Positions 12,977-25,444 of a stretch of 64,000 nt of DNA are shown here, one piece after another. How positions within the stretch are numbered: position 1 is the first letter of the stretch; each line of letters begins with the position of its first letter. Made by a program: the position numbers and the translations under genes. The notes under the pieces are model-generated. The model did no database searches and was not told the DNA's origin. It saw nothing but the letters and a program-made list of their open reading frames with translations. This DNA comes from Octopus sinensis (taxonomy: Eukaryota): NCBI RefSeq assembly GCF_006345805.1, contig NC_043014.1, positions 24,056,001-24,120,000 on the forward strand, in the 5' to 3' direction.

Positions 12977-13318
12977 TATGTTTGAAGAAATTTTATGTGT
13001 AATGTTGCATTGTTGATGTAACCATAATGAGCTAGCTTTCTTTATTTGCATTAACTACTAGGCCACGTGCCTAGTGGCTAGGGTGTTGCACCCACAATCA
13101 CCTTATACTGTTTCTCAGCACTTCAAATACTTACAACACTACCTGCGACATCAACAATACCCATTTGCGTAACCAATAAGTTCTTTGTCTTGTTCTCATG
13201 GCTGTTCATCTTAACATAAAAACTCAGTCAGCATTGACCAATTTATATTGGCTCACCTTGAGTCAACATCATCAACCCCACCACCTGAACAAACAGATCC
13301 CACAATATAAGCACTTTC

Positions 13319-14138
13319 GGATCTTTTCCTTTTGAACGGCACTTTGTAACATAATTTCTAGGTAACTAAAAAGTTTTAAACTTCGTGTACTAGTAGAATG
13401 TGTTTATAAAACATCATTTTCTCTTGGCTTTATTGAGAAAATTCTATAGTTTGTAAGATATTTCGTCTGAAATTACTTGCATTTCGGCAATTTTAACCAA
13501 TCAATTACATCCATTGACGTAAATAACATTCTGTGCATAATGAATATGTCCCTCCTTTAAGAAACAGGTTGGGTTTATTTACATTTGTGAAGAAAAAAGA
13601 TACCCTTCCCCAACCCCTAACCCTAACCCTAACTCTAACCCTAAATCTAAAATAGATTGAAATGTAATAGATCGATACTAGGGTTATAATTATGGGTGAC
13701 AATTTCATACGACACCGCTACGGAAAATGGGATTTTTTTCTAGCGGTGTCAAATGAAAATGTCACCCATAATTATGGCCCTAGTATCGATCTATTGCATT
13801 TCAATCTATTTTAGATTTAGGGTTAGAGTTAGGGTTAGGGGTTGGGGAAGGGTATCTTTTTTTTCTTCACAAATGTAAATAAACCCAATCTGTTTCTTAA
13901 AGGAGGGACATATTCATTATGCACAGAATGTTATTTACGTCAATGGAGGTAATTGAGTGGTTAAAATTGCCGAAATGCAAGAAATTTTAGACGAAATATG
14001 TTACAACCTATAGAATTTTCTCAATAAAGCCAAGAGAAAATGATGTTTTATAAACACATTCTACCAGTATACGAAGTTTAAAACTTTTTAGTTACGTAGA
14101 AATTATGTTACAAAGTGCCGTTCAAAAGGAAAATATCT
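13319..14138. mobile_element. Palindromic (foldback) non-autonomous DNA transposon, Merlin-like, with internal telomeric repeats
   Basis: About 400-bp arms (13319-13720 / 13741-14138), 20-nt loop, left terminus GGATC, perfect 8-bp TSD GCACTTTC (13311-13318, 14139-14146), (CCCTAA)n and (TTAGGG)n near the centre. Confidence 0.85.
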
Positions 14139-14535
14139 GCACTTTCTTCCACTGATGCCTCTGTCTGCTCCAGTAACAAGAATGAGATTAAGTCAGTAAG
14201 TGCTTTCTCTGACATCAAAACATACCAGAATAAAAACAGAAAAAGGACTTTATTTTCTTTAGGATTGTCTTTTTCACCACCTTTCTGCTCACACAGGAAC
14301 ATACAAACACACACACACACACACAAACATCAATTCACATACATTTAATATACACACAAGCATCTACCTAGTATGTGTTTAATGAGCATACAGACAATTA
14401 GCAAACACATTCATTGTTAGTACTACACATAAAATTACTATGGATAAATACTAGCCAACTTCAGCTGCTTTTCTTCAGAAGCTTGGAAAATAATTGAATT
14501 GATTCGCTACACCAGCTCATTGGCATAGACTATAG

Positions 14536-15950
14536 CAGGGGTGGCCAAACTTGCTTAACCTAAGTGGCATATTCAATAAAATTCAGAAATTTGAGAGCTG
14601 CAAGACATGAACAACATTTACTCTGCATTTATGTTTGTATCTGTGTCTGCGTTTATGTTCTACAACTTAGATAGATAACATAGTATTAGACTCGAGAAAA
14701 TAAGTACTGGGGTTGACATGGTTGGCTTAATACCTTAAAGGTGGTGTCCTAGCATGTCTACGGTCTAATGACTGAAACCAGTAAAATAAAAGAATGTTTT
14801 GTTACATACACATTTTGTATGTATACAATAATATTCATTATGGATGCAGTTTTTTTTAAACTGATAAATTGTATTAGTTTCATTTTAAACACCAAGTTCT
14901 AGTTTATTTAATGCAGTAATGAACTACAGAAATATTTAAGAAAAATGTATGAAATTACATTTCAATAGCATAAAATTAAAAGTGAAAAGGAACAAAAATA
15001 TATTTTGAATGATATTTATTTATCTTAATGTTTTGATCAGATATCATCTGATCAAAACATGGAGAAAAATATGTAAAAAGAGGAAACTAATAAAATTAGA
15101 GATATTTAAATTAGATCATACCTTACGAAGTTAGTCTTATAATATTTTTAAGATAAACAGACAATACAACACATATCAGGCTATTAAAGAAGCTATTTAC
15201 TGGTAGTAAATGTCTTGACAATGACACTGAAAATCAGGCTGATATATTATGAAGACTGTATGAATTAGCTCTGTCACTTGTGTATGATGCCTCAGTTTCA
15301 CAAACTTCATTACAGAGTACAGTGATTCACAGCAGTATGTTATGCTGACAATTGAGATGAGTCACACACTAGTTTTTTTCAGTTTAGGATGTTTTATTTC
15401 TGGAACTTGTTTTCCAAGCTTGATTATAGACTGGAATTTATGGATCCTTTTTTGATCCAGGTCCTCCTGCAACTCCATTAGTTGCATTTCCACAGCAGAT
15501 GATTCCATAACTAGAGGTCTGAAAACTGAATGGATTTACAAGAGAGGAAACAAGGCTTCATCTTCAAAAAGTCATCAAGCCTGGTTAGGAAATTATCAAG
15601 GAAACTTTGTAATTCATATTTGTTTTCTTCCAGATGTGGTCTTTTATTTCAGTATTAGGGAATGTACTCACTCTCCTGAAGTTGGGAAAGTGACTGAAAT
15701 TCCTTGATAATGTCTCTTTGAAAATCCTTTATTTTACTCTGAATACAATTTAATTTATGTTAATAACTGTGAGGTGATGACAAGCTAGTTTAACTCTGAA
15801 AGACAGAATGACAGTACGCAAGCAAGAGAGTTGAGACCCCATGACCAGGAAAATACCCCTGAGTAAACATCTGAATCTGTGTCCTGTAAACAAACATTCC
15901 AAATACAAAATTTTCCCTCTATATTGAATGCATCAGGAACACTTCAACCC
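14536..15950 (-). mobile_element. Degraded hAT (Charlie/SPIN-like) transposon, one terminus plus the C-terminal dimerization-domain remnant
   Basis: Terminus CAGGGGTGGCCAAAC at 14536; minus-strand remnant KHPKLKK...YCCESLYSVMKFVK resembling the hAT C-terminal domain at about 15230-15400; far end not defined. Confidence 0.55.
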
Positions 15951-15989
15951 AATTCTAATTAAATTAAGGAAAATGTGTTTATTAAGAAA

Positions 15990-16381
15990 TGCTTGCGAAG
16001 ACATGTTGGGGCAAGCGAAATCGAAATCGAATTGAACCAGCCAGGATCCCTGGTCTGGTGGTACGTAAAAAGCACCATCCGACTCGTGGCCGATGCCAGC
16101 ACCGCCTCGTCTGGCTTCCGTGCCGGTGGCACATAAAATACACCAATCCGACCGTGGCCGTTGCCAGCCTCGCCTGGCACCTGTGCAGGTGGCACGTAAA
16201 AAGCACCTACTACACTCACGGAGTGGTTGGCGTTAGGAAGGGCATCCAGCTGTAGAAACACTGCCAGATAAGACTGGAGCCTGGTGCAACCTTCTGGCTT
16301 CCCAGATCCCCGGTCGAACCGTCCAACCCATGCTAGCATGGAGAACGGACGTTAAACGATGATGATGATGATGATGATGAT
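15990..16381 (+). mobile_element. RTE LINE 3' UTR fragment with (GAT)n tail
   Basis: Same tandem units and terminal sequence as the other RTE tails. Confidence 0.8.
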
Positions 16382-17254
16382 AAACTAAAATTAAATGCTC
16401 TACAACAATACTATAGAATTAGAAAACATATTTTATTCAACGACAAGAAACAACAAAAATAAATCAAAAGTAGAGATAACAGATTAAAAAGCCTAACTGG
16501 AATTCAAAAACCTAACTTCAAACCACTGTACGTTACACTTTTTTAACACTAGTAGATGTCACTCTAGGATTGACCAATTAGAATTTTTAGGTCAAAACCA
16601 GACCACTCAAGGAAAAAAGAAATAAAGAAATGATGTCTATAATTTGACTGAAACATCAGAAAAACAAATGACATCTTAAGGGAATTAGCCAACTGGAATA
16701 CTGGATGACTGTCAGACAAAAAAAAAAAAGCAAAACTGACCAAGACATTTGGAAAAGATGATGTGTACAAAAAAATCAACTAACCAGAGCACTAGATTAC
16801 TATTGGACAAAAACATGCAATCAAAATAGGTGAGGTCATGAGGAAGTCAACTCAGCAGAATGTTCTAAAAATAAATGACATACTCAGGCAGCCAGCCAGC
16901 CAGCCAGCCAAAACACTAGGTTACAGGTGTCCAAAAACAAGTGATATCATTGAGTTTACAACCAATTAGGACAAGAGCCAATATCATAAAACCTATATAT
17001 ACAAAGCAAATTAAGCTTAAAACCATTCAAGTTCCCACCAGCAAAACCAAGACATTGTTTACAATTTCTATTATAGTACATGAAAGAGAATAAAAATTTT
17101 CCTTCATGTACTTTAAAAGAAACTGTAAAAAATATATTTCTTATTACTTTTTCAAACTTTATCATATCTACATTATTTACATTTGATGAATATTTGTCCT
17201 CATCTTGTTTGTTGTTAACGTAATGTTTCAGCTGATATACCCCACAAGCAGTGA

Positions 17255-17258
<4 letters not shown>

Positions 17259-17327
<69 letters not shown>
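17259..17327. repeat. (AAT)n microsatellite (LINE target site)
   Basis: Perfect trinucleotide run of about 23 units. Confidence 0.95.
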
Positions 17328-17330
<3 letters not shown>

Positions 17331-18838
17331 GGACTCGTGAAAACCAAAGCTATCCCCATTAGAAGAGGAATATTCCAAGGAGACACGCTCTCTCCACTCC
17401 AGGAATGTTATAGGAAGGAATGTTATAGGAGAGTTCGTGCAGTCCTGAAATCTGAACTAAATGCACGTAACAAGGTGTTAGCTATAAATTCCTTAGCAGT
17501 TCCAGTTGTTACTTATAGCTACAATGTGTTGAACTGGAATATGAGTGAAGTAAAGAATATAGATAGAAAAATACGCAAGCTGCTGAGTTGTAATAGGATG
17601 CACCACCCAAAGGCAGACGTAGATCGCCTTTACCTTCCCAGAGCCCAAGGAGGTCGAGGCCTGATCCAATTTGAACTAGCTTACAAAACAACCACAATTG
17701 GACTGGCCAAATATCTCGAAATATCGAATGACTGGATGCTAAAGCTCGTGGAAAATCACGAGAGACGAAAGAAGCTTCATTCTATCATAAAGGAAAGCAA
17801 AAAATTTGCTATTAATCTCGTGCAGGATACCCAAACTGAACAACCCAAGGGAAGTACGGCAACTATTGTTGCAAAGAAGGTGAAAATGATGGCAATGAAG
17901 AAAGCGCACGAGCAATTGGCTGATAGGTGGGAGGAGAAACCCCTGCACGGCAAATATGTGACCCGCAGCAAACAAGCTGATGTTGACCAGAAGCAAACCC
18001 ATCAGTGGCTACGGAGCTCAGGGCTAAAAGCAGAGAGCGAAGGTTTCATCCTGGCTGCTCAAGATCAAAGCCTATTAACCCGGAACTACCAGGCCAATGT
18101 GATGAAAAATGGAGCAGACCCAAAATGCCGATTCTGCAACGACATGATTGAAACAGGATGTAAAGTCTTAGCACCAGTGGAGTATAAATTAAGACATGAC
18201 AGAGTTGGCCAATATCTCCACTGGCTAATAAGTCGGCATTACAATATCAAAACTGCCGACAAGTGGTATAATCACCACCCTGAGGCTGTAACTGAAGGAG
18301 AAAATGTAACCATTTCCAGTACATACAGACCGAACCATCAAGGCCAATAAACCAGATATTGTTGTGAAAGACCAAAACAATAAAGTTTGCTTATTGATCG
18401 ACATGAGCATCCCCTGTGATCATAATATCTCAGCGAAAGAGTTTGACAAGCTCAGAAAATATAAAGACCTACTCATTGAAATTGAGAAAATGTGGCATCT
18501 CAAGGCGGTTACAATACCAGTGATCGTAGGAGCACTAGAAATGATCAAGAAGGGAACCGAAAATTATATGAGAATGATCCCTGGCTTACCATCCCTGCAA
18601 GAAGTGCAAAAGATTGTCTTAACTGGTACATCACACGTATTGAGAAGAGTATTGTCGATGTGAGAACTGTTGCTGCTCATGTATTTTAATTTAACTTCAA
18701 AAAAAAAATGAACGAACTACTGAGTTTGGTTTAATGGCCTACCAATGTATACTATGAGTTTCTTTGCCCTAGGAGTCGGGAAGACACTCGGCAAGAAATG
18801 GAAGCAAATTTGAAAGAAGAAAAAAAAAGTAATAATAA
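17328..18838 (+). mobile_element. R4/Dong-type RLE-encoding LINE, 5'-truncated and internally deleted
   Basis: RRGIFQGDTLSPL, GGRGL, CRFC zinc knuckle, RHD and PD..D..K restriction-like endonuclease (ORFs 17205..18350 and 18364..18663); starts in (AAT)n and ends in TAATAATAA. Confidence 0.9.
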
Positions 18839-20149
18839 CGACGACGACGAAAAATACCTTAGGAATGAGAACCCAGGTTCGAAATTTCCCCAAGACACCT
18901 GACAAAGGCAGGACGGTATATCAGCCAAAACGTTGTGTTAACAACAAACAAGATGAGGACAAATATCCATCAAATGTAAATAATGTACCTATTTCCTCAT
19001 CTCTTAAATATAGAACTCTTTCATCATATCTAATTGGTAGTATAATTTATTGCTTTGAAATATTCAGAACTCTCAATCATGTATTGTTGTTATGAAGTTC
19101 ATTGAACATTTGAAATTTCATTATTCTCTATTATTGTGAATTTTTCCTGGATATTTGAATTTGATTGGTTTTTTTTTTTTGTTTTTGTTTTTTGAGTATG
19201 TTTTACTGAATTTTCTCTTGTTCATTCAATTGCTTTTGAACTTTTTCATTTACCATTGAAAAACAAAAGAATAAACTTACTGAAAACAATATTGTTTTTT
19301 AATAAAAAATGCAACAAATTAAAAATAGGCTATAATTTGTTTTAAGAATCAGTTACATACATTTTCAACCCCCAAACAAAATCTATATTCTTCCCATGGA
19401 TCAGCCTAACTCTAGATTCTCTCCCTCTCTCTCTATCGCCCCTTGGTCTCAGTTCCGTTAACCACATGCTTCTTCCAACATGATGAAATTACCTCTAGCC
19501 CCCCACCCCCGCCATATAAATTAGCTTCATTCAGATTCACCTACCTCATATTTTAATATCTTGCCACATGAAGTAGAAGTCACAGATGTTCAGATAAGCA
19601 ATTTTGTTTCCAACCTAACACACATCTAAAAACCTCTTTTTACAGTGCAAATTATAATTACTTTATTATTTTATTATCTATGTACCCACAGCTTCGTCTT
19701 CCATGTTGTATGTTAGAGATAACTTGAGATCCCTACATTCAATCCAATTCTCCCTCTCTTTCATGCTCCTTTATTGTAGTTATTCATTCCTTTATTTAAT
19801 TTTGTCACAGTTTGGCTGACCGAATACTGTTGGTTATAACTTTAGTTAAGACTGCAAATGTCCAATTCTATTTCATTATTATTATTATTGTTATTCTTTC
19901 ACACTGGCAGCCAGAGTGTAGCTGTTTCATGGTGCACCCACCCATCCCACTCCCACCTAAACTGGAAGTCTTTATCCTCTGACCTCTTTTGGATGTCTTT
20001 TCCTTGAACACCTCCAATGGCTTAAATGTTCCCCCATCCCTACTTAATGTTTATCTCCTATGGAAGTGATTACATAGCGCATAAAATGATGGTATAGTGT
20101 ATGCAGGTTGAAGGCTGTTGTATGTTTATGAGTTCTGCCAAATGTGAGC

Positions 20150-22801
20150 TTTCTTTTCAGATACATGATGCTGCTGTCCCCCATCCCAGGGTCTTGTGGG
20201 TCTACACTGTCCACACACTCAGAGTTGGCATACTTAATGTTGGCACATTGAAAGGTAGGTCTGGTGAGATTGTTGAGATGCTTGAACGGTGGCATGTAGA
20301 TTTGTGCTGCATCCAAGAAGCAAGGTGGAGAGGAAGATTTTCTGGATAGGGAACACTGATGTGGTTAGGGGCATGGGTATACTTCTTGCAGAGAAATGGG
20401 TTGATAGGGTAATTGAGGTAGTCAGAGTCTGTGATCAGTGCTGCAACATGGATTAGCAATCATTATCTCAGCTTATGTCTTTCAGCCAGGGCTACCTGAT
20501 GAACAGAAAGACTGATTTTATGACACACTCTTGAAGACTACCTCATTGATGAATATCAGAGACTTCCTCTTTGTGGTTGGTGACTTCAATGAGCAATACT
20601 AACTTCAGGAAACCTGCCAGTCACATGTTCACCTACAAGTCTGGTGGACATACTTGTCAGATTGACTACATTCTCACCAGGAAAGGAGAAAGATGGCTAC
20701 TTATAAATGCCAAAACTTTCCCAGGTGAAGAATGCATAGGTTAGTAGTTAGTGACATCAGGTTCAGGGTTAACTGGCTCCTCAGAAGACGACCAGCATGG
20801 AAAAGAAGGGTCTGGCAGCTTAAGGATCCTGTGAATGGACAGAAATTTAGAGACATTGTACTTGAAGCATTTGACAAAAAAGAGGAGGCTATAGCATCAC
20901 ACAATGTGGAGGACAACTGGAGGTTCTTATGAGACAACCTGTTGAGGGCTACTGACCATATCTGTGGCTGGTGCAAAGTCCTCGCTTGACCTAAGGTAAC
21001 GTGGTTGTGGAACAATATAGTTGACAGGGCCATCAGGGAAAAGAAAAAGGCATGAAGGACTGGAAGAACAGTGGTAGCAGGGAATTGTATCAGACTGCCA
21101 GAAGGGAAGCTAGGAGACAGAGGGGAAGCAGATAAGAAAGAAATTGTCAATGTTCTGCATTGTGGAGATCAAAGACTTGAAGTGTTTTGTGTTGCAAGAC
21201 AGTGTGTGAGAGAGAATCATGATATCATAGGAGTGAAATGTGTCCAAGTGGATGATGGCTCACTTGCATTTAATGATGCTGCAAAGATAGAGACTTGGAG
21301 ACGCCACTATGAAAGGTTTATAAATGAAGAGAATGAATAGGAGAAAGAGAGTCTTCCAAATCTCAACCCAGTAGAGGGACCAGCTATTCGAATTGGCAGT
21401 ACCTTGATAGATAAAGCAAGTAAGAGTATGAAGATAGGGAAAGCCCCTGACCCATCAGGAATCACCCAGAGATGCTTAAAATATCTGGTGGTATAGGCTA
21501 TAGTCTAGTCACCCATATAGTCAATCAGGTTATACATGAGGGAGTCATACTCAATGACTGGTGTTAGCAGCACCAAAGTCAACTGCTACAAAAGTAAAGG
21601 TGATGCATTAGATACAAATAATTACAGAGGTATCAAATTGTTGGATCAGGTGATGAAAGTCATGGAGAGGGTCATAGCCCAACTAATTAGGGGCAGAGTT
21701 AGTTTAGATATCTAAAGCTATATTTCTGATAAGGCAGCTGCAGGAGCAATACCTAGTCAAAGATAAACATCTGTACTTGGCTTTTGTTGACATGGAGAAA
21801 GCCTTATCCCTTATCCGATGGTCAATGTGGACACTAAGGATATACGAGGGGTTAGTGAGAGCTGTACAAGCCATGTACAGGGATGCTGTCAGTAACGTGA
21901 GGATTGACAATGAGTACAGTGAAGAATTCCAGGTAGGGATAGGGGTCCGCCAAGGATCAGTCCTCAGCCCCCATTTATTCATCATAGTCCTCCAGGCATT
22001 AACAGAGGAATTCAAAACAGGATGCCCCTGGGAGCTCCTCTATTCTGATGACCTTGCTCTAATAGCTGATCCACTATCAGAACTAGAGAAGTTTTAGGTG
22101 TGGAAGCAAGGATTAGAGTCAACCTAGCTAAAACCAAAGTCCTAATAAGTAGGAAGGCAGACAAATCACAAATCCCTTCAGGTAGATGGCCCTGCTCAAT
22201 TTGTAGAAAATCATAGGTAGAAACTCCATATGATGTACCTGGTGCAAGCTATGGACACATAAAGAGGTGCAGCAATATCAAAGGAAGGCTAACTGGGAAG
22301 ATAGTTTTTGTGTGTGGCAGATGTACAGGGGCAATAAACACTGAAAATGTGTAGAAAACAGCTTCCATCACATGCCAGGGAGAAAAACTAGAAGTAGTTG
22401 ATATCTTTTATTACCTAGCTGCTAGAATAAGAATAGCCTGGGTAAAGTTCAGAGAGCTCCTACCTTTACTGGTAACAATAGACCTCTCGCTCAGAGTGAA
22501 AGATAGACAGTATGACGCATGTATGTGAACGACCATGCTACACGGCAGAAAAACATGGGCTGTAACTTCTGAGGACATGCATAAGGTTGCAAGAAATGAA
22601 GCTAGTATGCTCCACTGGATGTGTAATGTCAGTGTGTAAGCTCCCTGAGAGAAAAGTTAGGCATATGAACTATCAGATGTGATGTGCTAGAGAGATGATT
22701 GTGCTGGTATGGTGTAGCCTCCTGGCTTGCCAGTCCTCAGTCAAACTGTCCAACCCATGTCAGCATGAAAAGCAGACATTAAACAATGATGATGATGATG
22801 A
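20150..22801 (+). mobile_element. Near full-length degraded RTE LINE (APE plus RT)
   Basis: LRVGILNVGTLKGRSGE APE start, QIDY, GVRQGSVLSP, LLYSDDL, (GAT)n tail; many stops. Confidence 0.9.
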
Positions 22802-22875
22802 TATATAATAAATAAGAAGAAAATGGAGAGTATATAGATATAAGTTAATTCATTAACATATAGTTAATTAAAAAT

Positions 22876-22956
22876 ACCTACAATTGTTTCTATTTATAAA
22901 TATAATAAGATAAAATTTGCATTTAGAATATTATATGAGTAAAATTTCATCAGGGC
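22876..22956 (-). ncRNA. Putative minimal type I hammerhead ribozyme (weak helices)
   Basis: Minus strand GCC-CTGATGA...GAAAC-AATT-GTA-GGT; core intact, helix II AT-rich and imperfect. Confidence 0.45.
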
Positions 22957-23315
22957 TACTTGACATAAAAGGATTACATGTTGTTAGGTTGAGATATTAA
23001 AACAGATTGAATAAACTGAGTGTATGTTTTGAGTTGCTTTGGCTGCAGAGTTTCCTTTTTGTACTCATAAAGCATTATGTGACTCAAATGCTCTTTGGAT
23101 ACTTCCATGTTAGAAAGGGTTTTAATCAAAGAAATTTTAATTCTATTATTCTATAAAATAATATTTAATTAGTTTAAATGTAGACATTCTAAAATACTAT
23201 TAAATTTCATTCAATTTTAAAAAAAGATAAAATTGGACAGAGCTTATGGGATGACCTGATAATTTAATTGTGCTTTTGAAATAGGAAAGAGGAATATTTA
23301 CAAGATAAAACTTAC

Positions 23316-23398
23316 GTAATTAAACTGCAGCCATTGAGATCTAGCTGAACTAGATAATGACACACACCAGACAAATACTGCAGTGTAAGGTCAGTGAT
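23316..23398 (-). CDS. FBXL13: FBXL13 coding exon (ITDLTLQYLSGVCHYLVQLDLNGCSLI-T)
   Basis: CAG acceptor, GTAAGT donor; 83 nt, phase 0 to 2. Confidence 0.92.
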
Positions 23399-23940
23399 CT
23401 GCAGAATAAACAATTGTAAGAAAATTCAAATATATGTAACTCTGTCTTGTTTAATCACAAACTGACATACACACACACATGTTTTCTCTCTCTCTTTCTC
23501 CCTATCCTACACAGATGTGCATGTCTACATACATGCATGTATGTATGTACAGACATACCTACATGCACACTCATACATAATTTTTATATTTACAAAGGCA
23601 TAAATCTTTAGTTAAATATATTCAATGAGAATATTATATACTGTATTTATATTGAGTGCTCTATTGTATCAAAGTATTAATAGTATTAAAGTATTTATAT
23701 ATCTAATACGAGTGATTATATGTATATATATATATATATATATATTAATAATGCATTATTATTAATATTAGGAAATCAGTATCAAAACTCCTCAGAAAGA
23801 TATACACGTGTGAAAAATGATTGTTGTATTAAAAATATATAAATAAATATAAATATGTATAAAAATATATGTAAATATGTATAAGTATAAATATATAAAG
23901 TATATGACAGTTTAAAAGTTTTCAATTAATTATTTAAAGC

Positions 23941-24030
23941 ATCTTACGATTGTTTCGCAGAAGAGTTGTCCCTATAATGAAATCCTATATTGATAAGCTT
24001 TTATAGATAACACTTCTGCTCTTCAGAGAT
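23941..24030 (-). ncRNA. Type I hammerhead ribozyme motif (inverted copy, sense to FBXL13 pre-mRNA)
   Basis: Minus strand ATCT-CTGAAGA-GCAGAAG...CTTCTGC-GAAAC-AATC-GTA-AGAT. Confidence 0.72.
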
Positions 24031-24790
24031 ATAAAATTTGAATTCTGTATAACATATCGAATGGTAGTTTTTTTTTTTTTTAATTTGAAGTACAACTATA
24101 AAAAGGTGTTTGTTTGAAAGATAAATTAAAAATTAAAAATTACTGCTTTTGATTGATAGTCTTTAAATCCATATATACTTCCTTGGTTATTCTTCTTCAA
24201 TAATCCATAATATTCATATGTAAAATCCGTTATATTAACTTGTAATTCAAATATAGTTCATATAGTTAGTTTAGAAATGTGAAATTTTTATATACTTTAG
24301 TATGAGAATCTTGAAATTCATATATGTCTTCTTGGTAATTCCTCTGTAGCAATCCATAATACTTTTGTATAGTTCATAATACAAAATCAAATTATATTTT
24401 AAATTATATGTGAAGTTATATTTCTTTTATATTTTTATTTTTATAATCGGAAGATGCCAATTAAAATTTTAGATTTTTTAATTTAATGCAATTATAACTG
24501 TCCATTTATTATAGATTATTGATCTATAATAAATGGACAGTTATAATTGGCATCTTCCAATTATAAAAATATAAATGTAAAAGAAATATTTTGACCAATT
24601 TATAACTTCACATATAATTAAAAATATAATTTGATTTTGTATTATGAACTATATTTGGATTACTGGATAATATAATGAATTTTATACAAAAGTATTATGG
24701 ATTGCTACAGAGGAATTACCAAGAAGACATATGAATTTCAAGATTCTCATACTAAAGTATATATACAAATTTCACATTTCTGAACTAACT

Positions 24791-24823
<33 letters not shown>

Positions 24824-25095
24824 GTTTAACGTCCGTTTTCCGCGCTAGCACGGGTTGGACGGATTCATATATATGAACTATATTTGAATTACAAGTTAAT
24901 ATAACGGATTTTACATATGAATATTATGGATTATTGAAGAAGAATAACCAAGGAAGTATATATGGATTTAAAGATTATCAATCAAAAGCAGTAATTTTTA
25001 ATTTATCTTTCAAACAAACACCTTTTTATAGTTTTACTTCAAATTAAAAAAACAAAAAACTACCATTCGATATGTTATACAGAATTCAAATTTTA

Positions 25096-25187
25096 TATCT
25101 CTGAAGAGCAGAAGCGTTATCTATAAATGCTTATCAATATAGGATTTCATTATAGGGACAACTCTTCTGTGAAACGATCGTAAGATA
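25096..25187 (+). ncRNA. Type I hammerhead ribozyme motif
   Basis: Helix I TATCT/AGATA; CTGAAGA 25101-25107; helix II GCAGAAG/CTTCTGT; GAAAC 25171-25175; palindromic loop GATC; GTA triplet 25180-25182. Confidence 0.75.
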
Positions 25188-25371
25188 CTTTAAATAATTA
25201 ATTCAAAACTTTTAAACTGTCATATACATTATATATTTATACTTATACATATTTACATATATTTTTATACATATTTATATTTATTTATTTATATATTTTT
25301 TATACAACAATCATTTTTCACACGTGTATATCTTTCTGAGGAGTTTTGATATTTATTTCCTAATATTAATA

Positions 25372-25444
<73 letters not shown>

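Larger units (their letters stand above)
23755..25373. mobile_element. About 1.6-kb foldback (arms of about 760 bp) with a hammerhead in each arm; probably Penelope pLTR-derived
   Basis: Arms are close reverse complements centred at about 24518; flanked by (TA)n; the right arm is interrupted by an RTE tail fragment at 24791-24862. Confidence 0.85.

Noticed and set aside
13611-13850. Telomere-fusion scar (inverted telomeric repeats)
   Set aside because: The repeats are short, embedded symmetrically in a TSD-flanked palindromic transposon, and oriented CCCTAA...TTAGGG rather than as a fusion
16956-17378. Poly-Ile and poly-Asn ORFs (also the IY-, RE- and SL-repeat ORFs elsewhere)
   Set aside because: These are translations of (AAT)n, (TA)n and (CT)n microsatellites
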